A stretch of 62,860 nucleotides of DNA, the filler included, from Trypethelium eluteriae (taxonomy: Eukaryota): the NCBI GenBank assembly GCA_051942245.1. It is 3 parts of 3 records of this genome, joined end to end, with 100 filler letters (N's around TTAATTAATTAA, not from the genome) between each part and the next. Parts side by side here need not be neighbours in the genome. Positions count along the whole stretch, not along the records: positions 1 to 20,899 come from JAVECL010000484.1; positions 21,000 to 41,886 come from JAVECL010000485.1; 1 more part is not named here. One strand, given 5' to 3'. Numbering within the stretch: the first letter of the stretch is position 1; each line of letters opens with the position of its first letter. Shown piece by piece: positions 11,634 to 25,500 of this stretch. Made by a program: the position numbers and the translations under genes. The notes under the pieces are model-generated. The model was not told the DNA's origin, searched no databases, and saw only the letters and a program-made list of their open reading frames with translations.

Positions 11634-14600
11634 ATGTCCAATCTAACTGTAGCCTCCTCCTCCGAGGAGATCGAGGACGAAATCATCTTCACGCAGACCC
11701 TACTCGATAGCCTCGATCCCGGGAGCGAAACTTTCCTGGAAGAGAAGAAACACTTTCAGGAAGTGATGCAATATCTCGATGGCCTTTTACAGGCAAAAAG
11801 TACAGGAAACAACCAGAGCTTCGCTGAAGAGAGTAGCTCAGCGGGATGGGGCGATCAATCAGTCTCCTACCCATATCTTGATGATAGCATTGCGGGTGGC
11901 GATAACCAGTTTCCAACTCTTCACGACGACTACTCCATAGATACGACTCGGGCAGGGCCCACCAATGGCCACCTCAAGCGTCCTCGGGAGCCTTCCTTTG
12001 CCGGACCTCCAATGACTTATGAGATGAAGTCACGCCGCACGACACCGGACTTGGCTTTTGGAACACCTTCATCGGCAGGCTCACTAGAACAGATGGAAGA
12101 ATTTGATCTACGGAATCGGTCTCTCTTTCCAAAGTCGAGTTCCCAGCAGGCTTTGGAGCGTCGCAGACTGGCTGAAAGGAACGCGTACGAGCAAGTTGTA
12201 CAACAGCGAAGAGACAATGAGATGGCGAGGGCGCTAGAAGATGCGAACAGAAATATGTCAGGTTCACGGTCAGGACCAACTTCTCTGCCATTTTCAACAT
12301 GGGTTGGACCAAGGCCAACTAGTTCCCATGTCGCCTACGATCAGCTTGCTGGTATGGGTCCTCCTGCGCCACAAGTAGACAGCTGGAATTCCAGCCAGGA
12401 CAACAGCTCCCCATCGTCTTCTCCTGTCTCAGTCGAATTCCAGGGAAGTGCTTCTCGGCCAAATAGATACGATCGGCCTCTGCCCTACCTCCCATCGCCT
12501 AATAATGCTACATCGGGCTCATCGAATCGAGACACCGTACAAGGTCCTCCTCCTCTGAAAGTGGAACCACAAGACTCCAATTCGGCCATTATAGTGAATG
12601 GAGGTAGTGCAGAGATAGTCGACCTTACTGGCAACAGCAGTGAGGAAGAAAATACATCGGCAGCTTCTGCAAATCCATACCCGGTAGGACTGGATACAAC
12701 CTATGGTGCCACTCAGTATCCACAGCACTACACCTTGGATGACCCTTATGCCGACCTAAATCAACACCAGAACTATCTGTCAGAGAGGGCGCAAGCTATG
12801 CCGGAATCATACACAGACTCGAATGGGAGCTGGTTTCAAGCATACAATACCATCGCGAATGGGGTTCAGCATTTTGGCCAGGCTGTGGGAGGTCTGGCGA
12901 GCTCGCTGAACCCATTTGGGGTACAGTCAAATGGTGTACAAGCAGGTCCAGCTGGGTATTCATCATATGGCGACTCGTCAGGGTTCAATGGCTATGGTGG
13001 ATATGCTAACGGCTATGACAGGGCGGGCCCCAGCAATCCATTAATAGGAGATCCGTTAGACAACTATCTTCAAAATCCTGCTCGTCATAATTATGATTAT
13101 CTATACAGTGATCCTACCAAGACTCGTGAAGAAATCAATGATCTACTTCAGAACATTTCCGCCGACGAGGATCTGCCCCCTGAACTGCGAGGTGATACTC
13201 CAGAGCCCATGAAAACCACTCTTATGCCTCATCAACTACTCGGACTCAAATGGCTTACGAAAATGGAAGAGAGCAAAAACCAGGGTGGAATCCTCGCGGA
13301 TGACATGGGCCTGGGGAAGACCATTCAGGCACTTGCTCTCATGGTTACACGTCGGTCTGAAGACAAGTTGCGCAAGACGACTCTTATTGTTGCTCCCGTC
13401 GCACTCCTGCGACAATGGAAGAGAGAGATTGAAGAAAAGATCAAACCGACCCATAGACTCAACGTTATGATTTTCCACGGGTCGCAATCCAATATGACGT
13501 ACAACCGGCTGCGCCAATACGATGTAGTCTTGACTACTTTTGGCAAGTTGGGTACGGAACTGAAGAGACAGCAGAAGTATGAGTTTCGTCTAACGACTGA
13601 CCGCGATGCACGCCCAAGGAAAGATGAAGAGGTTTGCTTGATTGGTAATGAATGCAAGTGGTACCGTGTCATCATCGACGAAGCACAATGTATCAAAAAC
13701 AAAAACACACAGGTCTCGCAGGCTGCTTGTAAGTTGCATGCCAAGTACAGGCTCTGCATGACTGGTACGCCCATGATGAATAATGTCGAAGAATTGTACT
13801 CCCTCATACGTTTCCTGCGCATCAAACCGTACTGTCATTGGGAAGATTTTCGCAAAGACTTTGCCAAGCCACTGAAGGACTCTTACAAATTTACGAAAGA
13901 TCAGGCCATGAAGAAGCTCCAGGCCCTTCTCAAAGCCATTCTCCTGCGGCGGACGAAAACGACCAAGATTGACGGTCAGCCCATTATCAGAATTCCAGAG
14001 CGATCAGTTGAAGAGTCCCACGCGGTGTTCAGCGAAGATGAGCTGCAAGTGTATAAGTCGTTGGAGCAGAACAGTCAACTTACGTTCAACAAATATCTCA
14101 GAGCAGGCACGGTAGGCAAGAATTACTCCAACATGCTCACACTGCTTCTGCGTTTACGTCAATGTTGCTGCCACCCGCATCTTATGAAGGACTGGAATGT
14201 TACGGCAGAGCAAGTCAGCGAGGATCCTGACCGCATGCCGGAATTAGCAAAGAAGCTGGCTCCAAATGTAGTCCAGCGTATCAAAGACGCTAATGGTAAT
14301 TTCGAATGTCCGGTCTGCTATGATGCCGTGGAGAATCCGGCGATCTTCTTTCCATGCGGTCACGACACATGTATGGAATGTTTTGCGAGTCTTTCCGACC
14401 CTTCGCGAGCGATCCGTGAAGGAGACGAGAGCGCGTCCGCGAAGTGTCCGGAGTGTCGCGGACCTATCAAGCGGAGTGACTTGCTAGATTACAAGACTTT
14501 CAAGAAAGTCCACATGCCAGAGACACTGGCAGAAGGGGATGGGGATGGAGAGGCTGCTGCGGAGGACGATGATTCTGATTCGGATAGTGATGACTCAGAT

Positions 14601-15553
14601 GACGATGCGGATGATGTTGATGATCACGGTAATTTAAAGGACTTTATTGTCGAGGACGGTCAAGAAGAGGCCGAAGAGACAGATGATGAAGAGAATGAAG
14701 CAGAGTCAAGCACAAAATCGAAACGAAAGGCCGGAAAGCACTCCGGACGGCCAAAGGACGTCAAAGGAAAAGGCAAAGCGAAAAGGAAAAATAAGACCCA
14801 AACTCTGGCTGAACTGAAGCGACTCGGGATGCGCAACCAAAAGGCCAAGATGAAGTACCTCAAGAAGCTCCGCAAGGACTACGTCTCCTCGTCCAAAATC
14901 GACCAAACCCTCGACATCCTCACCTCCATCCGCGACAACGACCCTCGCGAAAAGACCATCATCTTCAGCCAATGGACCTCGCTCCTCGACCTCCTCGAGA
15001 TCGCGCTATCAGCCAAACCGCAACTGGGCGCCTTCGCACGGTACGACGGCTCGATGCACGCCAACGCGCGTAACGACGCGGTCAACTCCTTCCTCGATGA
15101 CCCGCGCGTCGGCATCATGCTCGTCTCGCTGAAGGCCGGCAACGCGGGGCTCAACCTCACGGCCGCCTCGCAGGTCATCATCCTCGACCCCTTCTGGAAC
15201 CCGTTCATCGAGGAGCAGGCCATCGATCGCGCGCATCGCATCGGGCAGCAGCGTGAGGTCCGTGTGCATCGCGTGCTCGTGCGCGAGACGGTTGAGGATC
15301 GTATTGTCGCGCTGCAGGAGAAGAAGCGCGAGTTGATTACGACGGCGTTGGATGAAGGGGAGAGTAAGAAGTTGGGACGGTTGTCGACGGGGGAGTTGGC
15401 GTATTTGTTTGTAAGTTGCGCAATCTTTTTGTGTTTCATCTATCTTCGCCCTCCTTTTGTCGATCTGTTGGGTTTGGAGGGGCCAACACATCTTGAGATG
15501 AAGAGTGCTAATGATTGTAATAGGGCGTTTCGCACAATCCGAACGGAAATTAG
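11634..15553 (+). CDS. SNF2-family helicase with RING finger, Uls1/Ris1-like (SUMO-targeted)
   Basis: GGILADDMGLGKT, IIDEAQ, RING CPVC..CGHDTC..C..CPECR, and a helicase C-terminal domain (SLKAGNAGLNL, QAIDRAHRIGQ). SIM-like EIVDLT in the N-terminus. Intron 15411-15523, then GVSHNPNGN*. Confidence 0.9.
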
Positions 15554-15969
15554 TTTGTCGCACAAGGACTCGGAGGCAGAACATAGGACCTTTCTTTACG
15601 TATCTACGGGAGGCTACCTTGTCCTTATTCTTTCTTTTAGAGTTCGGCGGAATATGTGATACCCCTTTGTGTATACTAGGGATGGGCGAAAGGATGTGGG
15701 ACCTTTGCTTCATATGCTTACATGAAGGGTTCGAGAGGGCGTAGAGCGGAGCGGTTACCTTATTGACGGTACCGTACAGTGCAAAAATAGGGCACATACT
15801 TGCTGGAACAAATAGAGTGAAGCTGCAAAGCATAGCTGGTCGAAGAGTATTCATATCTCTTGAATCGATTTCCTAAGATTATAGCTTCCATTATTGCTGT
15901 AGGCACATGTCTTCCGAGCGACCCACTACCCTGCGGTCTGCACAAACTCAGGGAATATAACTGCGAGAA

Positions 15970-16992
15970 TTAGTATCCGCCAGAACGGTCAGTAAGATCC
16001 TTCACCCTTGCAGTTTTGCCTTGCGCCTCCTTGACTATTGCTACCCCACTGCTGGCACCAATCCTCGTTGCCCCAGCGGTTACCATAGCCAGAGCATCCT
16101 CCCAGGTCCTTATTCCACCGCTCGCTTTTACTGTCGTCACCCGTCCCTTTGCCTCCCGCTGATCTAAGAACCCCACCACGCTCCTCATCAGCCGTACATC
16201 CTCAGTTGTCGCACCATGTCCCTTGAAACCTGTGCTGGTTTTGACAAAATTGAACTCTGCAGCATGTGCAAGCGCACATGCGGCTATGATTTGATGCCTG
16301 TCCAACTGACTTGTTTCGATGATGAGCTTCAGGACCGCCCTAGAGCCTGCCTCCTCCCTCAGTTCTCTCAGTTCCGAGTATGCTGATGAGTATTGCGGGA
16401 CGTCCGAGAGGAGAAGCGGGTAATTGAGCACAATATCTAATTCAGAGGCGCCGGCTTGGAGCGCGGATCGGGCTTCAGCGACTTTTGAAGCTGTGGGGTG
16501 GGTGCCTTCATGGAACCCGATTACGCATGCAACCCCTACGCTTGTGTCTTTCAGGGCAGCAACGCAGCGAGCGACATGGTCGAGACGAACGCATACTGTC
16601 TGGAGATAGACTATCAGTTATGTGAATGAAGCATCAATAATTTAGTGTAGAAGAGGTAGGTTGCAGAGTAACTGAAAGAAAGGGCAGAGAACATAGGCTT
16701 TCCTAGAGTAGAGATAGTGAGAGATTCAGACCCAACCGCTCACCTTGAAGCTATACTCTTTCGCTTCCTCACCCAGTTGATCGATCTGTGAAAGCGTCGC
16801 ATCTGTTTTGAGCTGAGTATGGTCAATAAAACTGTTTATAGAGTCTGCGAGTATAGCGTCGTGTCCGGTCGAGGATGCATCAGAAGATCGATCCTGTGAT
16901 TCTTTGATCGTGCTTATACCTTCCTCGATGCCGGAGATAAAGGTGACCCAATCGTCATTGGAAAGAGTGCTGAAGTTCCTAGGATTCGACAT
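15970..16992 (-). CDS. Deoxyribose-phosphate aldolase (DERA/DeoC)
   Basis: IDHTQLK, VCVR, VIGFHEG, LKLIIET, FVKTSTGF, VKASGGIR and RIGASSG motifs. One intron at about 16599-16743. Confidence 0.92.
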
Positions 16993-18252
16993 TTTTGGAG
17001 GTCGGAGATCCTTCGGCCACCACCACACTAGAGTACGGCAGTCCAAGTGAATTCTAGGGTCATCACCTCGAGCACACGTGCACGACCAGATGGTTTTATG
17101 ACTGAAGAGTTTCTTCTTCGAAATTTTCTTGTCAGGTCTCTCGGTATTTAAAGCAGTTGAAACGTTCCACTTCCCTCCTCCTAACCGACATTGCGAGTAC
17201 GTTTGTGTGAGGCGAACAAGGCTGGCGGCTATCAGTTAGGCCAAGATTCAAAAGAATTGCCCTTTACACAAACTCGATAATCCTGGCAGTTGAGGGCCCG
17301 TTCAGCCAGTTCTGCTGTGGTATTCAGGGGCTGCCTTATCTTCTAAATCGACAAGGGAATGATGTGTTCAATCCACGCAAACCTCGCCCAGTCATTCTTT
17401 CAGTATCGAGCTCTCCACGCTCAATGAAGACCAAGGCATCTTCGATTGCTCTAATGGTGCCATCCTGGCGAAGTACATAGCTAAATGTGAGCGAAATTTC
17501 TACCGCCTCAGCAATCGTTGCTTAGACTGGACGCAGTAGAAATGGTTCAAACGCAGCAGAGATTGCTACGTTCGTCCCCATTTTCCTTGTCGTGCTTTTA
17601 TTTGGCCCCAATAGTAGCTATCTCATTTCTTTCAGTTCATTTGAAGAGACTGGAGGGAGAATTCAAAGAGCAGCTATAGCCAACCACTAGGGAGGGTGTC
17701 CAATTATTACATGCTTACGGACAATTGCCTCACTCACAGCAACTTGCAGATACACAGAAGTATGAACTGAAATGAGATGGGCGTAAGAGGTATATGAGAT
17801 CCTACGAAGCGAAATTTCCGGTTCAAAGGCACCCGGATTGGGGCATCGATACTCTTGACCACGATGTTGGGAGAAGCCCAGATCTTCGGCGTCATTGTTT
17901 CGATAACACACGAAGAAAATTGTACAAAGCTATCTATTTGCCAAAGGATGTGAATGCGGTGATTTAACTGAGCCCATGTATAGGTTTCGAATCAGAAAGA
18001 CTCAGATCAGACCAGAGCCTCTAATTTGGCTGACCCTACAAATTAGGGATCCGAGGTATGTGCAAGGCGACATTGCCCTTGGATAGACCTTCCACTCGAA
18101 GATCAAGTATTTACGCAGCTCGCCACGATGCCTTGGCGGAACTCATCGAAGGGAGTTGAGTCAAGTACCAACGAGTTTAGGTAAATATTACTACTTTTCA
18201 TTTGTCTGAAATCAGGCTAGTCATATGTATTCCACCGTTTTGTCTCGTTCGA

Positions 18253-19749
18253 TTAGGGTGAACCCAACTCATGCCGCTGCGTGAGTTCCATTTCTCTTGG
18301 AGGCTGTATAGGGTCCAACTGCGGAAATTCGTGCAGCCCGTTATCCCCTAGCTCCGGCGTTATTTTGACCTCTTCTGTACCGAGAATTTTGTCATTATCA
18401 GCCCGTCTTCTTCTCTGATTTTTCAAGTAGTAGAGCAGAATCGCTCCGATAATGGCTAGACCAGCAACGGCGACACCCACACCGATGCCAACCTTGCCGC
18501 CACCTGAGAGACCGCTAGAGGATGAAGGGGTTGGATTTGCAGGAGCAGCCGTGTTGGTTGAGGGCTTCGATATATTGCCTACTGTTGCGTTTCCTGTCGT
18601 TATAAGAGATGGGCGTGAAATATTGTATGGTTGTAGGATGCTATTTGTTAAGCGCTCCGGATCAGTAAAGTTAAACAATTTCAGACGAAGGGGCTTAAGG
18701 AAATGATGCTCACTCGTCAATGACGTGCATAGCGCCGTTGGCAATTATATAGTCCTTGCCGGTAACTTTCGCTTGGTTCAACCAAATATCACCCGTCTCA
18801 TCTACGGTTACCAGAATCTTGATACCTGCCTTTGTAGTTAGGCTTGTTCCATTCTGGAAGTGATGACTGAAAATAAGGTTTTCTATGATATGGTAGTTGA
18901 AGAGCATGTTTAACGTCGTCGAGTTCGAATAGGCATTGTTAAAGTCGGTTCGATCAGATGTGGCTATGGCAATATCACTGTTCGGGGCAAGTATGGTAAT
19001 GTTAGGTTGACTCTTAACTTCTTCGGCAATGCTAAAATTGTCGGTGGCGAGAAGGTCGATAAAGACGTCAAGGTGCGCGGCAGTCGCTTCTGTTAATATG
19101 TCCGAAGGAATCTCAAGGACATTATCAATAACATGAACGATACCATTCGTGCAGACAATGTCCTGTTCATGTTAGCCAATGATTGTAACCCAATCGACTT
19201 AACTTCATCAGCATGTCCGCAGGGCTCTCAGGTCTATCACCGCCAAGGTTTTGCTCTTGTGACGTTCAAAATATAAATATAAAAAGTTCCTACCGGAATT
19301 TCAATGTGCGACTCGCTTTTATTTCCTGATATAAACACAGGTCTCGTGTCTTTGTTGACTTCGACATATTGACCGTATTGTCCCCAGCTTCCACTCGTGA
19401 CGTTGGTGTATGCTGTATCATTCAAGGCTGTCGCAACGAACACCGGCAGGGAAGGGCCAAAGGCAGCAGATGGGAAAGTGACAGCAAGTAAATGGTATTT
19501 TAGGGTGGCCCCGATGGTAGAATTTGAGGGCGACGATGTGTTCAGCCATGTAGAGATTGCATCACCTGACGGAGCAAGGAAAGTAAAGCCTTGTGAATTA
19601 TTGAATTGCTCTGAGACTTGAGGGTAGCTTGCGATGAGAGAAGAAACTTGGCTTAAGCTAGGATAACTAGAGAGTACATCGATAATATTCTGTGCCTTCG
19701 TAGAGGTAATGGATACGACGAAGGCGACAAAGAGTTGAATCAATACCAT
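18253..19749 (-). CDS. Fasciclin (two FAS1 domains) type-I membrane protein
   Basis: Signal peptide; FAS1 motifs FTFLAPS, LKYHLL, NGIVHVIDNVL, TILAPNS and NGAMHVID; C-terminal TM (GIGVGVAVAGLAIIGAILLYYL) followed by a basic stop-transfer. Introns at about 19293-19163 and 18715-18641. Confidence 0.85.
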
Positions 19750-20899
19750 CGTGGCACAACGTGATGAAGAAGGGTGGAGAGACCCTAGGGACGCCTGGGT
19801 CTTAGAAAAAGGGCAGCTGCTGCTCCGACAAGTCTCGTTAGATATCCTATTGGATGGGATTGCATATCCCTCTAAGCTTGAAGAAGGCAGCTGAGAAGGT
19901 GGTAGACACTTTTTGCCTAAAGGATTTCAAACCCAACTGAACCAGACTGCTGAGCACTCTTCCAAAAAGATCTTACACGAACTACTCCACACAGATTGTG
20001 TGCAAGCAAAGTTCATCCGGGACTCTAAACTAGAACCTCCCGCTTTAGCAAACCGTAAGACGAGATGATGAAGCACTGCCTGACCATTCAACAGAGACAA
20101 ACCTTTTCCTTCGATAATAGCGCCCCTTTCTATCGGATACGTCAATAGTGCCAACTTCTCCCGAGTACAGAGCGAGTTCAATTTAGTCCTAGGGCGGGTA
20201 GGGGAAATGGAAGGGTTCTTTCTGAATGGTGTATAAGCGAGGAAGGGAAAGCCAACCTTTGGGTTAAAGCACCTTATGCATAGCATGACGCCAAGATCCT
20301 GCCGCAGCGGTGATTGCGGCGCGGGACGGCTCGAAACGGGATGGCAATACCGCAAGAAGCACTGCGTAACCTACCCTACCCAGGTAATTATCGAATACTT
20401 GAATTAGACCAGGGCGAGTCATATTCTCGATCATGCTACTTTCCAATTTCGAATCATGACTGAGAGGCGCAATGGTTACATTATGACTAGAACCAAAATA
20501 GAGCAGGAATCCAAGCTAAATCCCTATCACTTCCACCTTCTATTACTGGCAAAATACTACTAAAATAATCTTTTAGCTTAGTACCATGGTATAGAATAAT
20601 TGGTAAACAAATATGTTATACATCTAGTATCTAAGTCAAGTGGAGTATTGCCTTTCATGTGTCTATTACCGGATCTCCACATTTCTAGTCTCTCCATGCC
20701 CTATTAAATTCCTCTAGAAAGCCAAGCTATCCAACCCAATTACCACTCTTGCTAATATGAAAGTCAAAATTATCTTCCGCAAATCACCACTGAATAAATC
20801 TCGCCAAAAGCCCAAATAGCAGAAACACATTCACGTCTGAGCCGCTTCATTACTCCCCACCGAACACCACCCTTTCTTCCGCCGTCTCCCTCTCAAACC

Positions 20900-20999
20900 N
20901 NNNNNNNNNNNNNNNNNNNNNNNNNNNNNNNNNNNNNNNNNNNTTAATTAATTAANNNNNNNNNNNNNNNNNNNNNNNNNNNNNNNNNNNNNNNNNNNN
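20900..20999. other. Assembly gap with artificial six-frame-stop linker
   Basis: N run with TTAATTAATTAA at 20944-20955. Confidence 0.97.
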
Positions 21000-21939
21000 C
21001 GAGATCGACGGCGTCGCCGATGGTTTCGAAGAGGCCTTCGGTGACGATGAATTTCCGGGTTAGAGGCTTCTTGGCTTGCTCTTCGGTGACTTTGCGCAGG
21101 ACCCGCTCAAGATCTTGCATGTCGTTGTGTTCGTACCAGCGCACAGTACTCCGTGATATTTGTATCCCTTTTCGAATTGCAAAGTTGACGGCCTTGTCTG
21201 CTACGATGATGTCGCCGCGCTTAGAGAAGGCCGGAATGACGCTAGAGATCGTGGAGAAGGCTTGCGAATATATGATACATGCCCGAACGCCAAGATGTGA
21301 AGCGATGTCTGCCTCCGTCTTCATGTGTACATCTTGCGTCCCGTAGAAGCCTGGCGGACTGCATGGTCCGACACCGTATGTTCGTAGCACCTGGATAGCC
21401 TTTTCCTTGATTGTCTCATTCGCAATGAAGTTGTAAAAGTTGTAGGAAGCGAGGTTCGTTACTATGCGTCCGTTGGCGAGCTTCGACTTTGGGCCTGTAG
21501 GTCTGATCTTGAGATTAGCTATGCATGACGCGTCTGAGGGCGCAAAGGGTACTTACCCTGCGATAACTGGTCGCTTCTCATTCTCTGCCTCTTCGAAGGC
21601 TGTCTGTTCAGCGACTAACGGTTCAGGGGTCCACTCGTCAACTAGGTCGTCAATTTCCTGTATTGGCCGTCAACCAGGCAGCGCTGCATTTCGAAAACGC
21701 TGACGAACCTCTTCTGTTAACGCCACATTCCTCCGCTTTTGTGTAGAGTACGTTGGGGCAAAAAGGTATCTGACAGCGAATAGAAATAGGAAGAGCTCGA
21801 CCGCGGAGCGCACCGGATCATTTTGGTAGCTGGACTTGATATATCTCAGCAGTATTGCAGAACCGGGCAATTTGTGGAATTGATCAGACAGGTCATCGGC
21901 GAGTCGCACCAACACGCCACTCATGTCGTGGAAATCCAT
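21000..21939 (-). CDS. LCB1: Serine palmitoyltransferase subunit Lcb1 (5' part only; truncated by gap)
   Basis: LPGSAILLRYIKSSYQNDPVRSAVEL, EIDDLVDEWTPEPLV, TNLASYNFYNF, YGVGPCSPPGFYGTQDVH, WYEHNDMQDLE. Two introns; the C-terminal half is lost in the gap. Confidence 0.92.
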
Positions 21940-22564
21940 TGTAGCAATTGGGGGTGAATTAATGTTCAGGGCCGAAGTTTCGGAGACGAGACCGCACGGA
22001 GATTGCACATGCGGACGCGGATGCGTAAAACACCCCTCTACGCGCATCTCCCCTATTACGCTCCTGTTAAAGTCGAAGCCTACAGATCTACTTGGAGCGC
22101 TCAATGCATACCGTCATTATTTCGTGAAACAAGCCGTGAACTTGAATTGCTCTCCATACTTTGTCTATCTAACATATAACTGGCTTGGGCCGTTTCCCTA
22201 GTGAAATGAAACTAGTATGTACTGCCATGAGGAACACAACTCCACCAAGAAAAAGCCATCAAGTAACTTGAGCAAAGCAAGAGGGAAAAGAAGAAAAAAA
22301 AATCCGACATCTGCAACTCTGTTCCTCCAGCCTGTCTGCCGCCTTCCTCTACTACTCAAAGAATGGCCTGCAACCGGCGCGTATACGGTTGGAATTAAAA
22401 TCATTATCTATCGACCGCCGCTGCACGCAGACGGGATTTAGACGTTATGCTCCCATGTTGGTACAATGCCCGAATGTGAAAAGCAGGTGACCGACGCCGT
22501 AGAGAGCATTTCCATGCATGCATGTGTATTTTTCAATTTCGTAGCTCGAGAAGAGAACGCATTA

Positions 22565-25500
22565 TTAGAAGCGGAGTAACTTGGCTGTAGCTGCTGCGGT
22601 TGCGGCAGCCGTGCCCCCTGTGCCAGCTGAGCCTCCTACACCGCCGCTACCAACGATGATGGATCCCACAAGACTGGCACCGGTGGCGGCGCTGCTAGTG
22701 TCGTTGTGATTGAGACCGGTAGGCTGGAGGAGTTCCATAGGAATGCTGGGCAGACTCTTCATGAATTTACCGGCCACAATCGGGCCTGCAATAAGTAGGA
22801 CGAAGACGAGCAGCATAACGAAGTATAGGATCGCGTAGCGGATCACACGCCTTCGTCGCAACCTCGACTGCTTCAGGGAGTAGATGGGAGGCCGAATTTG
22901 GCGACTATCAATTGTTAGTTATCTGCAATAGTTGTGCAATACAGGGAGGACATACCTTGGCCGCAACCAGAAGAGCATTGTGGAGTGGAACTTGTCAACA
23001 TAAGGAATCAATAGAGCCGGAAGCATGATGAAGAGGATGATGTGACCGAGGATGAAGTCGGCAGCAAAGAACCCCATCTCAGTGATCTTGCAGAGGAACT
23101 CACGACCCGGTTGAGAGATGGTGTGCCAACCCATGGCGTACCATTTTCCAGTCCACCAGGCAATATTGGCAGTGTCTGCACGGAACTCCCTTGTCAAAGC
23201 CAAAGCGATGATAAGCTTGAAGACGAATCGCTGAATGGCAACGACAGCAATCATGCCGAGAAGCGCCTTGGCAAAGCTCCAGGCCTCAAGGAAGAACATG
23301 ACCTCGAAGAAGGCGAGTAGCATGATGACTGCAACAGCATGGGCAATAGCAGCCAAAACCGCACCGAATTTCTTGCAGCACATGCTGAGAACGGGTCCCA
23401 TACAGCAAGCCATGGCAAAGAATCCAATCGCAATACCTGCATTGATACCGATGGGTCCAAAGGCAACAATGGCAATGCGAATCAACGAGCTCGTTGCCTT
23501 CAGCTTCTTGCCTTGGTTGTTTTCCTCAGTCACACCGGTTTGCGCATTGATGAATAGATAGGGGATCAATGTGACGGCAACAAGGAAGAGAGGACCAAGG
23601 ACTTCACTGAAGAAGGTATTGCCAAAGCGAGCCCGAGGAGTGTCGCCAGAGAGCTTGGAGGAGGGCTCACCCAACGCCTTACGTTTGAAACCAGTGATAC
23701 GAGTACGCGAAAGTCGAACGAACCCGATCCATGAAGCGTTGTGAGCCTTGACATTACCTCGTGACAACCATCGGAGGAATTCTCGGTAGTCGATGAAGAA
23801 GTCGTCCCAGGAGAACTGGTGAGGATTGAAGAGGAACGGCGAGATAGTGAGGGCCAGCAGGGATATCCAGAAGTAGATGAGCCAGACTCCCCACACGGTC
23901 ATGGTCGCAAAGAGAAGCATCATGAGCAATCGTGCACCAAGGTAAATTGAAGGCCCGGCAAACCGCGAGTAGAGAACGCCGAATGGCATACGTGCAGTGG
24001 CAAAACCACGACCAGTACCAATGTAACGGGCACCACCGAATGAGAGATCCTGATGCAGTGAGTTGGCATAGATCTGGGTGACAAACACCTCGAACAAGAA
24101 GGAGAGCGAAGAGAATTGCTTGGCGAGACGAGTCGCAGCACGCCAGAACCCACGCTCTGTCAATTCTTGGACCGTCAGAGGAATGAAGGAGATGAAGAAC
24201 ACGATGAAGATGGACAGCACACAACGCTGGACCCAGTCGTAGACCGGTACAAGGTTTTGGCATCCAGTCGGGTGTAGAGGATCTGTCTTCGGTACATTTG
24301 GGTTGTAGTGGCAGATGATCGATTCGTGTCTCAACGAGCCCAGATTGATCAGACAGAACATGAAGAGCTGCACTGACATCATAATGAACAAGTTGTTGAT
24401 GTGGAATCCAGGGTGGGCATAGTAGAAAGACAGGAAGCGGTCGATGGGTAGCTGAGTTCCGAGATAGTAGTATTCGCGAGACAGCATCTGCTCACCCATA
24501 CCAGTACCAATCTTGGTTGTGAAGTTCAAGATGGAGCCGAATCCCAAGTCACGACCCTTACCGCACTGGTAGTATTCGCAATGTTTGATGCGACCACCAC
24601 GGATGAGCGCGTTCATACCGGCGTAGATATCTTCGTTGAGATGTAGACCCTTTTGAGCTTTCGAGACACCACCACGAGTTGTCATGAAAATACCGTTCAG
24701 GAAATCAGGGTGACCATAATGGAGCTTGCCGCCAATTTGAGCCAATGTACGAGCGAAGAGAGTACCGAATGTTTGTTCTTTACCAGCAGCGACATCACCA
24801 AGAACACCAATATTCTCAGAGAAAATGTATTCACGAGTACCAAGGATAGCAACTGGATTGAAGTTGGTGGGCGGTAGACCAGGAGTGTATGGCGAGACGT
24901 TATCGGTTGTCATCTCTTCAAACTCAGCTAAGACGCTTCGGATCTTGAGACACTCTTCGAGATAATTGTCTTGGTTGGCATCAATAAGCTGGATGTATTC
25001 CCCACGGTAGAAAATGATCGAATGATTCTGGTTGTCTGATTTACCGTCTCCCAAGATTGGGTTTCCTGAAAGTTGAATTCGGAACTTGGGCCGACGCATG
25101 CCGTTCTCCATCAGCTCAGAGTGACCATCAATCAAAGCAGAGTACAAGCGTGGATCCTCGCCCTCGTTGGTAGGAGGCTCCTCGTCAAGGTAGGCAATCT
25201 GAAGATCTGGGTAGGCACGGAGCAGAAACTCTGTGTTTTCACGCTCTTCCTTCGAGAACTTAGCATATCGCTGCATAGAGACAACGATCTTGAATTTCCG
25301 CCTGGCCATACGTTCGAGTTCACGTTCCAATTTGTCGGAATTGCCTCCAAACATCTGGACAACTTCAGGGTTCTCGACCCGGTAAAGAAGTTTGATGGCT
25401 CGGCTGTAGTTCATGAAACCAGAGATCGTGCGGTACAAGGTCTGCGAACGCAAAGATGCCCAAATTCGAGTGCGTAGAGTGTACTCTGGAGCAGCAGATT

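Noticed and set aside
14879..15854. 186-aa and 281-aa minus-strand ORFs
   Set aside because: They are shadows of the GC3-rich 3' end of the SNF2 gene.
20470..20820. AT/TpA-rich stretch possibly representing a RIP-mutated transposon relic
   Set aside because: Short, with no repeat partner or coding remnant visible; it could be ordinary 3' intergenic DNA.
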